DNA of 22,632 bases, taken from an uncultured bacterium. Lineage in GTDB: Bacteria > SAR324 > NAC60-12. Positions 1 through 7,810 of the stretch are shown here, one piece after another. Numbering within the stretch: the stretch's first letter is position 1; each line of letters opens with the position of its first letter. The position numbers were made by a program, and so were the translations under genes. The notes under the pieces were generated by a model. The model was not told where the DNA came from and did not search any database. It saw only the letters and a program-made list of their open reading frames with translations. The stretch spans positions 1-22,632 of the forward strand of contig CAXGMD010000056.1 of the NCBI GenBank assembly GCA_964010765.1, read 5' to 3'.

Positions 1-287
1 ACATTTTCCAGCAAAGGATCGTATAACCAGAGAGTGTCACCATCAGTGACAAGTAACTGAGGATCTGGTTCTTGGTATTCCCAGCGCATTTTCCCGGGAC
101 GTTGATAAGCAATGATTCCATGGGCACTTGCTCGCCGGTCTTCACTTTCAACAATTGTGGTTTGCAGGAAATTTCCTTGGAAACTCTGCATTTCTTGGTA
201 GCTTTCCTGAACTCGCTCCAGAGTAATGGCCTGGAGAAAGTAAGGACAGAAGAAAATTGAAAACAGAGTAATGAAAATTTGTTTCAT
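1..287 (-). CDS. lolA: Outer-membrane lipoprotein carrier protein LolA (5' part; 3' end runs off the window)
   Basis: Not in the ORF track. Manual minus-strand translation from ATG at 287 gives MKQIFITLFSIFFCPYFLQAITLERVQESYQEMQSFQGNFLQTTIVESEDRRASAHGIIAYQRPGKMRWEYQEPDPQLLVTDGDTLWLYDPLLEN..., i.e. a signal peptide followed by the LolA hallmarks RPGKMRWEY and DGxTLWxYDP. The start overlaps the lptF stop (ATGA, 284-287). Confidence 0.93.
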   Translation of the reverse strand, partial: MKQIFITLFSIFFCPYFLQAITLERVQESYQEMQSFQGNFLQTTIVESEDRRASAHGIIAYQRPGKMRWEYQEPDPQLLVTDGDTLWLYDPLLEN

Positions 288-1414
288 GTTTTAGGACTGC
301 TCAAATTTTTAAAAGGCAGGTGATCCCAGCACCACTCCAGAGGTCCTCTCCAATTTTGATGACTCAATTGGATTTGATACACCCCCCATAGTCCAATCAA
401 AATCGGAGGAACCCAGAGAACAACAGCTTTCATAGGTTCTTTCCCAATGGTCAGTTCCTTTGAGAAAGACCATAAAATGTAATGAATTATGATCAACGCT
501 AGAGCTTGGAGGTAAGCGTTTGATCGTCCTCTTCTGGGGTCTACCATACCAATAGTCAGTGCTGCCAAAGCGAAGGCGAGGCAAGTCATCGGTGTCGTAA
601 GTCTGAGTTGAAATTCACGTTGCCGTGTTTGCTCTCCAAAATATTGATCTGACTGAATGAGATCCATGGTTGAAACTCCCCAGACCTTTCGATTTTGTGA
701 ACCATCCAACTGAGGAGCACGAAACTGGTATTGGAATTCCTCAAAATCCATTGTTCGATATCCACCTTCAACATTGGCAAAGTGCATCGTGCCTTGTTTC
801 AATTGAAGAAGGATGTCCCGCTCTTTCTCCCTGATAAGAAGTTGGCCTTTCGAGGAGAGCGAAACCATCGAACTTGGTCGCAATTCAGTGTCGGAGATAA
901 AAATTCCCTCCAACTCATCATTGGGAGATTTGCTCTCTACATAGAGGACTTTGCCGGGGAAATCATAGTTCAGGACTCCAGGTCGAATAGTTTTCGCAGT
1001 TTGTGATCTCAACAACCTGAGGGTCTCCTCTTCATAGGCAGCATACCCAGCTGGTTGCATCCACAGGGTAATTCCCAAATCCAGAATGGTTACTAGCAAT
1101 CCAAAGGTTGCGACGGGTACACTGAGTTGCCAAGGACTTAAGCCCGAAGCACCCATGGCCGTAAGTTCCAGATCGTTGGATAAACGAACCAAAACAACGA
1201 CAACTGTAATCACAACGGCGATTGGCAGTGTGACTGATAGAAATTGGGGTAGTCTGTAGAGTAACATCAGCAAGACGCTCCCTAACGGTACACCTCTGGA
1301 GACAATAAGGTTAATAAGTTTGTAGACCGTATCCATGGAAAGAATGAAGGTCAGTATGAAGGTGCCAAGCAGGAAAGGAGGGATGAGTTGAAGGAAAAGG
1401 GAACGGCCTAGCAT
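284..1414 (-). CDS. lptF: LptF/LptG-family LPS export ABC transporter permease (LptF-like)
   Basis: 376 aa with three N-terminal TM helices, the RLSNDLELTAMGASGLS motif, a periplasmic beta-rich region (PGVLNYDFPGKVLYVE) and three C-terminal TM helices. The choice of F over G rests on motif resemblance. Confidence 0.85.
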   Translation of the reverse strand: MLGRSLFLQLIPPFLLGTFILTFILSMDTVYKLINLIVSRGVPLGSVLLMLLYRLPQFLSVTLPIAVVITVVVVLVRLSNDLELTAMGASGLSPWQLSVPVATFGLLVTILDLGITLWMQPAGYAAYEEETLRLLRSQTAKTIRPGVLNYDFPGKVLYVESKSPNDELEGIFISDTELRPSSMVSLSSKGQLLIREKERDILLQLKQGTMHFANVEGGYRTMDFEEFQYQFRAPQLDGSQNRKVWGVSTMDLIQSDQYFGEQTRQREFQLRLTTPMTCLAFALAALTIGMVDPRRGRSNAYLQALALIIIHYILWSFSKELTIGKEPMKAVVLWVPPILIGLWGVYQIQLSHQNWRGPLEWCWDHLPFKNLSSPKT

Positions 1415-1418
1415 AGAA

Positions 1419-2345
1419 CTAATTAGCCAGTAGGTCTTTCAATTGCCAGGCTACTTGCAAGGCTTGCCGACCATCTTTCGCTGTAACTTGAGGGCCACTA
1501 CCCTGTTCTATACATTTCAAAAAATCAGCAATTTCAGCGAGTAGATCATCACCACGCTCTAATTGAAGGTTCTCCGGTTGTAGATCCTCAGGACTCAAGT
1601 CATTACTTAAATCCACTTGTAGTTTCCGAGCTTGCCCTGTTCCAAAATCCAAAGAGAGATAAAGGCCGTTTTGAAAGATACGCATCTTTCGTTCTGCTTT
1701 ATCAGAAACACGGCTGGCGGTCATACTCGCTACACAACCATCAGGGAATACTAGTCTGGCGTGAGCTAGATCTGTGAGAGGTGTTAGAATAGAGACACCG
1801 GTACAATCAACTTTAATCGGAAGTTCTCCAGTGATCGCAAGCACAAGATCAATGTCATGAATCATTAAATCTAGAATTACATCGACATCAGTGCCACGTT
1901 TTGGGAAGGGGGCTATTCTGAGATTTTCAATGAACTTAGGTTGTTGGATGGATTGGCGGAATTCTTTGAAGACTACGTTGTAGCGTTGAACATGACCAAT
2001 CTGCAGCACTAGCTGCTTATGATTTGCCAATCCCTCTAAATCTTTTGCTTCAGCTACAGTACTAGCAATTGGTTTTTCAAGGAGAACATGAACTCCTGCC
2101 TCTAGAAAAGGCCGTGTGATTTGATGATGATGGACTGTTGGTACAACGATGCTGACAGCATCTACTTTACCAAGCAATTCCTCATAATTGCGATAAGCTT
2201 GAGTGCCTGTCTCTGCAGCTACAATAGTGGCTCTGTCGAAATCGCTATCTACAACACCAATTAGATCTGCATTAGAAAGCTGGGCATATTTTTGGGCATG
2301 AAATCGACCCAGGTAGCCTACGCCGATGACCGCAGTTCGGAGCAT
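1419..2345 (-). CDS. Gfo/Idh/MocA family NAD-dependent oxidoreductase, GnnA-like (candidate UDP-GlcNAc 3-dehydrogenase)
   Basis: Rossmann motif VIGVGYLGRFHA, plus LLEKPIA, QIGHVQRYN and DVILDLMIHDIDL motifs. Located in an LPS/envelope operon. Confidence 0.85.
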   Translation of the reverse strand: MLRTAVIGVGYLGRFHAQKYAQLSNADLIGVVDSDFDRATIVAAETGTQAYRNYEELLGKVDAVSIVVPTVHHHQITRPFLEAGVHVLLEKPIASTVAEAKDLEGLANHKQLVLQIGHVQRYNVVFKEFRQSIQQPKFIENLRIAPFPKRGTDVDVILDLMIHDIDLVLAITGELPIKVDCTGVSILTPLTDLAHARLVFPDGCVASMTASRVSDKAERKMRIFQNGLYLSLDFGTGQARKLQVDLSNDLSPEDLQPENLQLERGDDLLAEIADFLKCIEQGSGPQVTAKDGRQALQVAWQLKDLLAN

Positions 2346-2356
2346 TCAATTAATCT

Positions 2357-3430
2357 TCAACGTAATTTTGGTTCGTTCAAAAAACGACCGACGGGATTGA
2401 GAACGTCAATATTTTCACAAGTAATGCGAAATACAGATATGATAGGTACGGAGAGAATCATGCCAACGGGGCCCCACAACCAACCCCAAAAGATTAAGGC
2501 AAGGACGACAATCAATGGGCTCATTCCCAAACTATCGCCCATCACTTTTGGCTCAAGCACATTCCCCACAAATACTTGAGTTGATATGAGGAGGACCATG
2601 ATGACTAATGGTTCGGCCAGGGTTTCAAATTGGACGAAAGAAATTATGATTGGTGGGATGGTCGCTAGGATGGAGCCAAAAGATGGGATAAAATTTAGTA
2701 GAAAGGTCAAGAGTCCCCAGAAGAGAGCAAAATCGACCCCAAAAAGTAGGAGAAATCCAGCAACCACAATTCCTGTAAGTGCTGAAACTCCTGTCTTAAT
2801 GTTCAAGTAGCTGGCAATTTGCAGATTGATGGAATGAATCACCGCAACTGCTCTGGAGGCTCCGCTGCGATGGGAAAAGGAATTTTCCAACCTTCGAATA
2901 AAACTCTCCCGTTCGAAAAGTAGATACACCAGATAAAGCAGTACTAAAAACAGGTTCGTGAGGAACTCGACAAAGTTCCCCAATCCTTGCCCTAAAATTT
3001 GTGCAATCGCTCCTGCATTGATATGATCCGCCCACTGAATTTCTGTTAGTTGTTCTTGGATCACTGAAGGAGGGATGCTGAGGGCATCTGCTGCATCGAA
3101 GAGCATCCCTTGTATTCGCATCTGATAGCGAGGCAAGTTGGCTGTTAACGCATTGACGCTGTTGTAGACCAACTGCCCGACAAGATACAGAATCAAGGCA
3201 GTGCTGAGTAAGACTAGGAGAACTCTTAGACCGGTTGGGAAACGGCAACGGATCAGAAGTTTCTGGAGGGGTTCTGCAAGATAGGCTAGAAAAAGCGCTA
3301 CAAAAAAAGGGATCAGAATCCCAGAAAGAGTTTGAAGGATAAATCCACAAGCAATCACGAAAAGCCCACCCGCAAAAAAAGTCAGTAAGCCTAGGGTGGT
3401 CTCGGCAGAAGAGGGAAGTTTGCTTTTCAT
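2357..3430 (-). CDS. AI-2E (UPF0118/TqsA/YhhT) family transporter
   Basis: 357-aa multi-TM protein with LNFIPSFGS, GNVLEPKVMG..LGMSPL and FWGWLWGPVGMILSVP motifs. Confidence 0.93.
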   Translation of the reverse strand: MKSKLPSSAETTLGLLTFFAGGLFVIACGFILQTLSGILIPFFVALFLAYLAEPLQKLLIRCRFPTGLRVLLVLLSTALILYLVGQLVYNSVNALTANLPRYQMRIQGMLFDAADALSIPPSVIQEQLTEIQWADHINAGAIAQILGQGLGNFVEFLTNLFLVLLYLVYLLFERESFIRRLENSFSHRSGASRAVAVIHSINLQIASYLNIKTGVSALTGIVVAGFLLLFGVDFALFWGLLTFLLNFIPSFGSILATIPPIIISFVQFETLAEPLVIMVLLISTQVFVGNVLEPKVMGDSLGMSPLIVVLALIFWGWLWGPVGMILSVPIISVFRITCENIDVLNPVGRFLNEPKLR

Positions 3431-3894
3431 GTAATATATTCAGGGTGCAGTTCCACTCCAGAATCAATAATCTTATGCATTTTATTTCGCCAGATGATGC
3501 CTTCAGAAGCCCAGCGAATCAATACTTTGGCAAATTCTCTACCAAAGCCAAGAATCCTGCCGACGTTCATCAAGAAATCAATTTCACGCGTACTGATCAC
3601 ATCATCAGCGGTTGTGATCAACGCCAACTCGATAAAAATTTTGACCTCAAGTTCTCTTGTTGCCAAAGGGAACTTATCTAACTTAGGAAGCTTTTGGTCC
3701 TTGACTGCTTGCACGAGTGAGTCAACCTGGGTCTTCGAACTCAGGAAGGACAAAGCCTGTTCCAGATAGCTCAATTCACTGGGATCAATGTTCCCATCCG
3801 CAACAATAGCGTGGCAAACTGCTACGGCAAACCAGGTTTTCTGTTGTTCGTTCAGGATTTCTGGCTGTAGACCAGTTAACATCTGTACACTCAT
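3427..3894 (-). CDS. TerB-like domain protein
   Basis: Two TerB-fold half-repeats, ADGNIDPSE and ADDVISTRE. Its stop overlaps the AI-2E start (ATGA). Confidence 0.8.
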   Translation of the reverse strand: MSVQMLTGLQPEILNEQQKTWFAVAVCHAIVADGNIDPSELSYLEQALSFLSSKTQVDSLVQAVKDQKLPKLDKFPLATRELEVKIFIELALITTADDVISTREIDFLMNVGRILGFGREFAKVLIRWASEGIIWRNKMHKIIDSGVELHPEYIT

Positions 3895-3928
3895 GTGATT
3901 TTGCAGGCTAAAGGGTTTTCATGCGCTT

Positions 3929-4723
3929 TCAGGCAATTTCACCAGAAAGTTTTTTGAGATCTTCAGTTATGCGTAGTGGTAGTTCTCTTTTCTCTGAACG
4001 GCTGAGCAATGCAGTATCTATCGGCGTTCCGACGTGAACAGAGAGCTTTTTGCCAGAGTTGATTTTGAAGCCATTCGGGGGCATGACCGTCTCAGTACCG
4101 CGTAATCCTATGGGGATGATGACAGCATCAGTTTGCCGGGCAAGCAGGAATCCCCCTTTACGAAGGGGTTGCATTTTCCCATCTGGACTCCTTGTCCCCT
4201 CTGGTGCGAGCCAAATCAAAACCCCGTTTTCCATCAATTCCTTGGCTCTGGTCAATGACTTCATGGAATTTTTTGGATCATTCCGATCAATTGGAACAAA
4301 TTCAGCGGCGATCATACCTTGGCCCCAAATGGGAACCTTAAACAACTCCTGTTTGCCTATCATTCTGACGGTTCCAGAAATTGCTGCCAGGACTAAAGGA
4401 ATGTCAAAATAACTTCGATGATTACTCATCAGAACGTAACGTCTACCTGGTTCAATGGACCAAGGTTTTTCATAATGAACGACATAATTCACATCAGCGT
4501 ACTTAAGCAAGCGTTGCGCCCATAGTTTGACTCGGGGGCTGATGACCTCCCTTCCGGCTTTTCTCAATGAAACATCGACCATAGTCATGAAAGATAACCA
4601 GAGAGTACACCAGATTGACCTGAGCAGAATGACTGTTGACGTTAATGCACCGGTCTCTTCATTCTTCAGGGATTCGGGGGGGCTCTTGGTGGGCTCTACT
4701 GAGGAGCTTTTTTGGTCGTTCAT
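3929..4723 (-). CDS. plsC: 1-acyl-sn-glycerol-3-phosphate acyltransferase (lysophospholipid acyltransferase family)
   Basis: Catalytic NHRSYFD (HxxxxD), plus FVPIDR, APEGTRS and IIPIG motifs. Confidence 0.9.
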   Translation of the reverse strand: MNDQKSSSVEPTKSPPESLKNEETGALTSTVILLRSIWCTLWLSFMTMVDVSLRKAGREVISPRVKLWAQRLLKYADVNYVVHYEKPWSIEPGRRYVLMSNHRSYFDIPLVLAAISGTVRMIGKQELFKVPIWGQGMIAAEFVPIDRNDPKNSMKSLTRAKELMENGVLIWLAPEGTRSPDGKMQPLRKGGFLLARQTDAVIIPIGLRGTETVMPPNGFKINSGKKLSVHVGTPIDTALLSRSEKRELPLRITEDLKKLSGEIA

Positions 4724-4879
4724 CTTGGTAAAAAGTTCCTAAGGTCCGTACTGAAACTGTTTAGGCTGAAGACAAGTTGACTAAGCAACGTTGACTCTGC
4801 AATAAAGCTAATTCAATGTAGTGGTCTTTGATTAAAGTACAAGTTCACCCATCCCGTCCTTACATCAATCAATTTTAGT

Positions 4880-6181
4880 ATGGAACAGCTTTTTCCTCGT
4901 TATGTTCTAGATACAAATGTTTTACTCTATGATCCCGATTCAATTCACGCCTTCCCAAACTCCCAAATCATCATCCCCTTACATGTGATTGAGGAAATCG
5001 ATCGGTTCAAGAGCGTGATGAGTGCGACGGGTAGTAATGCCCGAAACATTTCTCAGGTTCTGGATCAATGCCGAAAAATGGGAAATCTATCAAAAGGAAT
5101 TCATCTGTCGAATGATAGTGAATTAGTGATTTCCATTAGTACTCCAGATGACATTGATTTTCCAGAAGAATTGGATCTGGATCGAGCTAGTAACAGAACC
5201 TTGCTGGTTGCGTGGGAACTCCTTCACCAGCAACAGGAAGTAACCCTGGTTACTTTGGACACAAATGTACGGGTCAAGGCGAATGTACTTGGAATCCCAA
5301 CGATCAATTATGATGGTCGTCAGCATGATGAGCCCTACCAAGGCCTAACAAGATTAGAGCTTTCAGAGACAGAGCTGGATCAATTTCGTGATCGTCACAT
5401 TCTCTCTGGAGATCAAGAGTTTCTCCCTAATGAGGGAATTTTAATGCTGAATAAAGACAGGCAGGATGATGAAGAGATGGCAATCTTTGACAGCAAGATT
5501 GGCTATCTTCGTCCTTTTCATCATGATGAAGGTGTTTGGGGGATCTTACCAAGAAATCCGGAACAACACCTCGCTCTGGAATTACTTTTGGATCCAGAAA
5601 TTCCCATCGTAACCTTGAATGGAAAGGCAGGAACCGGGAAGACTCTGTTAGCTCTGGCCGTTGGCTTACACATGATGTTGATGGAAAATCGCTATACACG
5701 GATGATTGTTTCACGTCCAATCTTCCCAATGGGTCGTGATATTGGCTACTTGCCGGGCGACCTGAACGAGAAATTAGATCCCTGGATGCAGCCTATATTC
5801 GATAATCTGGAGCTGTTGGTGAGTAACTCAGGTCGAAAGGGCACAAAAGGCTATCAGGAATTGATCGACCAAGGCTTCATCACGGTTGAGCCACTCACCT
5901 ATATAAGAGGTCGAAGTATTCCAAGACAGTACATGATTGTTGATGAAGCACAAAACCTCACTCCGCACGAAATGAAAACGATCGTCACTAGAGCCGGTGA
6001 AGACACAAAAATGGTCTTAACAGGCGATCCACACCAAATTGACAACCCATATGTGAACGAGGGTTCAAACGGTTTAAATACGCTTGTTGAACGCTTTAAG
6101 AAGTATTCACTGGCAGGGCACGTGACGTTGGTTCATGGAGAGCGTTCACCGCTAGCGGATTTAGCAGCAAATGTACTTTGA
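4880..6181 (+). CDS. phoH: PIN-PhoH fusion protein (PhoH2/YlaK type ATPase with N-terminal PIN ribonuclease domain)
   Basis: N-terminal PIN motif YVLDTNVLLYDP..VIEEIDRFK. PhoH domain carries Walker A GKAGTGKT, GYLPG, YIRGRS, IVDEAQN and GDPHQID. Confidence 0.93.
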   Translation: MEQLFPRYVLDTNVLLYDPDSIHAFPNSQIIIPLHVIEEIDRFKSVMSATGSNARNISQVLDQCRKMGNLSKGIHLSNDSELVISISTPDDIDFPEELDLDRASNRTLLVAWELLHQQQEVTLVTLDTNVRVKANVLGIPTINYDGRQHDEPYQGLTRLELSETELDQFRDRHILSGDQEFLPNEGILMLNKDRQDDEEMAIFDSKIGYLRPFHHDEGVWGILPRNPEQHLALELLLDPEIPIVTLNGKAGTGKTLLALAVGLHMMLMENRYTRMIVSRPIFPMGRDIGYLPGDLNEKLDPWMQPIFDNLELLVSNSGRKGTKGYQELIDQGFITVEPLTYIRGRSIPRQYMIVDEAQNLTPHEMKTIVTRAGEDTKMVLTGDPHQIDNPYVNEGSNGLNTLVERFKKYSLAGHVTLVHGERSPLADLAANVL

Positions 6182-6195
6182 GCCGTGTTCAGGCA

Positions 6196-6228
6196 GGAGG
6201 ACCGTGCCCATTTGGACGCGGTTTTCTT
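6196..6228 (+). terminator. Imperfect stem-loop with T-rich tail between convergent phoH and NMO genes; candidate intrinsic terminator
   Basis: ACCGTGCCC-ATTT-GGACGCGGT followed by TTTCTT, starting about 20 nt after the phoH stop. The stem relies on a G-U pair and has one mismatch. Confidence 0.45.
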
Positions 6229-6231
6229 CAG

Positions 6232-7533
6232 TTAAGCAGCAACTTCCTCTGCTACAGCGGTAGTTTGGGGTGAAATAGTGGTTTTTTCAGGAAGCTTGAC
6301 CTGATGATCGCGACTGAATTGATAATCTTTGAAGATGTGTTCTGCTGTAAGCATCTGATAACTACCGTCCTCTAGTTGATGGGTAGTGTCTTTCAGACGA
6401 TACACGTAATGCCCACAGGTCCATATCTTAAAGTTTCGCATTTGGGTACACAAGCAGGTCTTGTCTTCCACGATCAGCTTGCCACCTTCTTTTTGGGTTC
6501 GCTCTAATTCTCGGTTGTAGGCATCCACGTAGGCGCAATGCCCATCGCTATCAAGAATGTAGCCAAAAGCTTCGCAGTTTGGTCGAATACCCTGTCCAAT
6601 GCCTGGTGAATTGGTCAGCATTCTCATGGGATAGCCTGTTGGTGAAACTTGATTGACTACAACGTCTTTTTCTAGGGCTTCGAAATACTTTTGTTTAGCT
6701 CGATTTGGAAGACCACATTCTTCGGAAACAGTGAACCTGGTAGCAACCTGAACGGCAGCAGCCCCAAGCTCCATGTATTCAACAGCATCGGAACCGGTAA
6801 AGATCCCACCAGCAGGGATGACAGGTATATCGAGATCGTTATCTTTCAAAAATTGGACTACTTCCACAAAAACGGTCTTGAGATCATACTCAGCCCAATC
6901 CATTCCAAATCCTAGGTGGCCACCTGCTAGGGGTCCCTCAACAACAATGTAGTCCGGCATCCGATCAAGCTTGGCTGCTCGCTTGAGAAATGGACGAAGA
7001 GCTCTCACAGATGAAACAATGATTCCCAAAAATGTATCCCGGAATCTGGGATGGTCACTGACTAAAGCCATGGTGCCCAAATGGAGTCCAGCGCTAAGCG
7101 TGATACCATCTATCCCTGCGTTCATGGCCCCAGCCATTCTTGCTTTGAGGGTGTCTCGAGGATTATTCATTGAAAGCTTTTCCATGCAATTGACGAAAAT
7201 CATCCCTTCGCCGCGTTTCGCATTCATCGTGTTGTCGACATGCAGAAAAGCAGCTTCTTCCACCATTTTCAGATCGAAATGAACCTGAGATTTGTTGGAA
7301 CTTGAGGTGTTCGCCTTGTACTTCTGATACTTTTGTTGCACGAAATTGGTCTCATATCTTCGGTCTGAAACAGTAGGTCCCATTGCATCGGAAATGTGAC
7401 CGATACCGCCAAGGCGAGCTGATTCTAGGGCCAATGAGGCTGTTGAAATGTCCACACCCATGCCGCCTGTCATGATCGGGACATATTCTTTTTGGCGAAG
7501 TTTCCACCGAAAATCGTCAACCATCTTCATCAT
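6232..7533 (-). CDS. Nitronate monooxygenase / 2-nitropropane dioxygenase-like FMN TIM-barrel flavoprotein (FabX/UfaA-like)
   Basis: Motifs PIMTGGMGVDIS, VVEGPLAGGHLG, PVIPAGGIF, VQVATRF and SPTGYPMR. Start moved from 7614 to the ATG at 7533 (MMKMVDDFR), which has a GGAG RBS 9 nt upstream; this gives 433 aa. Confidence 0.88.
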   Translation of the reverse strand: MMKMVDDFRWKLRQKEYVPIMTGGMGVDISTASLALESARLGGIGHISDAMGPTVSDRRYETNFVQQKYQKYKANTSSSNKSQVHFDLKMVEEAAFLHVDNTMNAKRGEGMIFVNCMEKLSMNNPRDTLKARMAGAMNAGIDGITLSAGLHLGTMALVSDHPRFRDTFLGIIVSSVRALRPFLKRAAKLDRMPDYIVVEGPLAGGHLGFGMDWAEYDLKTVFVEVVQFLKDNDLDIPVIPAGGIFTGSDAVEYMELGAAAVQVATRFTVSEECGLPNRAKQKYFEALEKDVVVNQVSPTGYPMRMLTNSPGIGQGIRPNCEAFGYILDSDGHCAYVDAYNRELERTQKEGGKLIVEDKTCLCTQMRNFKIWTCGHYVYRLKDTTHQLEDGSYQMLTAEHIFKDYQFSRDHQVKLPEKTTISPQTTAVAEEVAA

Positions 7534-7579
7534 TTGCAATACTCCAGAGTAAAATTCTTCGGATTCAGTTGCAGCGCTT

Positions 7580-7659
7580 ATCCCGGAGAATGGAGAGTGG
7601 GGGGTGGGAATCAAAGCGAGGCGATCCCGGCGAACCGAGAAAATATTTTTATCAAAGCG
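7580..7659. repeat. Degenerate two-unit direct repeat in the divergent NMO / XRE-regulator spacer
   Basis: ATCCCGG(A/C)GAA at 7580-7590 and 7624-7634, each followed by ATCAAAGCG at 7610-7618 and 7651-7659. Periods are 44 and 41 bp. Confidence 0.55.
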
Positions 7660-7810
7660 TTTGCTTTAAGAGTTTCATCCCGATTAGATGAGAAAAGAAT
7701 TCTTTCAAGAAAAGAACCAACCGTTAACAAATACTAACTTTGTATCCGGGCTAAGGAAAGCACAAATTCAAAAGTCTCATTTTCTTGCACCGGAAGTATC
7801 AGGATTTTGA

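Noticed and set aside
72..260. 62-aa plus-strand ORF
   Set aside because: Antisense shadow of lolA, which occupies 1-287 on the minus strand.
2796..3467. 223-aa alternative-frame ORF, and the other short ORFs nested in or antisense to recognised genes
   Set aside because: Cys/Ser/Arg-rich composition typical of off-frame reads, no motifs, and complete overlap with well-supported CDSs.
7534..7614. 27-aa N-terminal extension of the NMO ORF given in the ORF track
   Set aside because: Family resemblance begins at MMKMVDDFR, and the ATG at 7533 has a GGAG RBS.
7577..7692. SAM-I riboswitch look-alike on the + strand (CTTATC...GAG..TGGAG...CCCGGCGAACC...AGATGAG; CTTATC can pair with GATGAG)
   Set aside because: It lacks the CTGGCCC pseudoknot loop and the GGTGCYAATTCC segment, GCAACC is interrupted, and the downstream gene is unrelated to Met/SAM. 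cmsearch with the SAM-I model would settle it.
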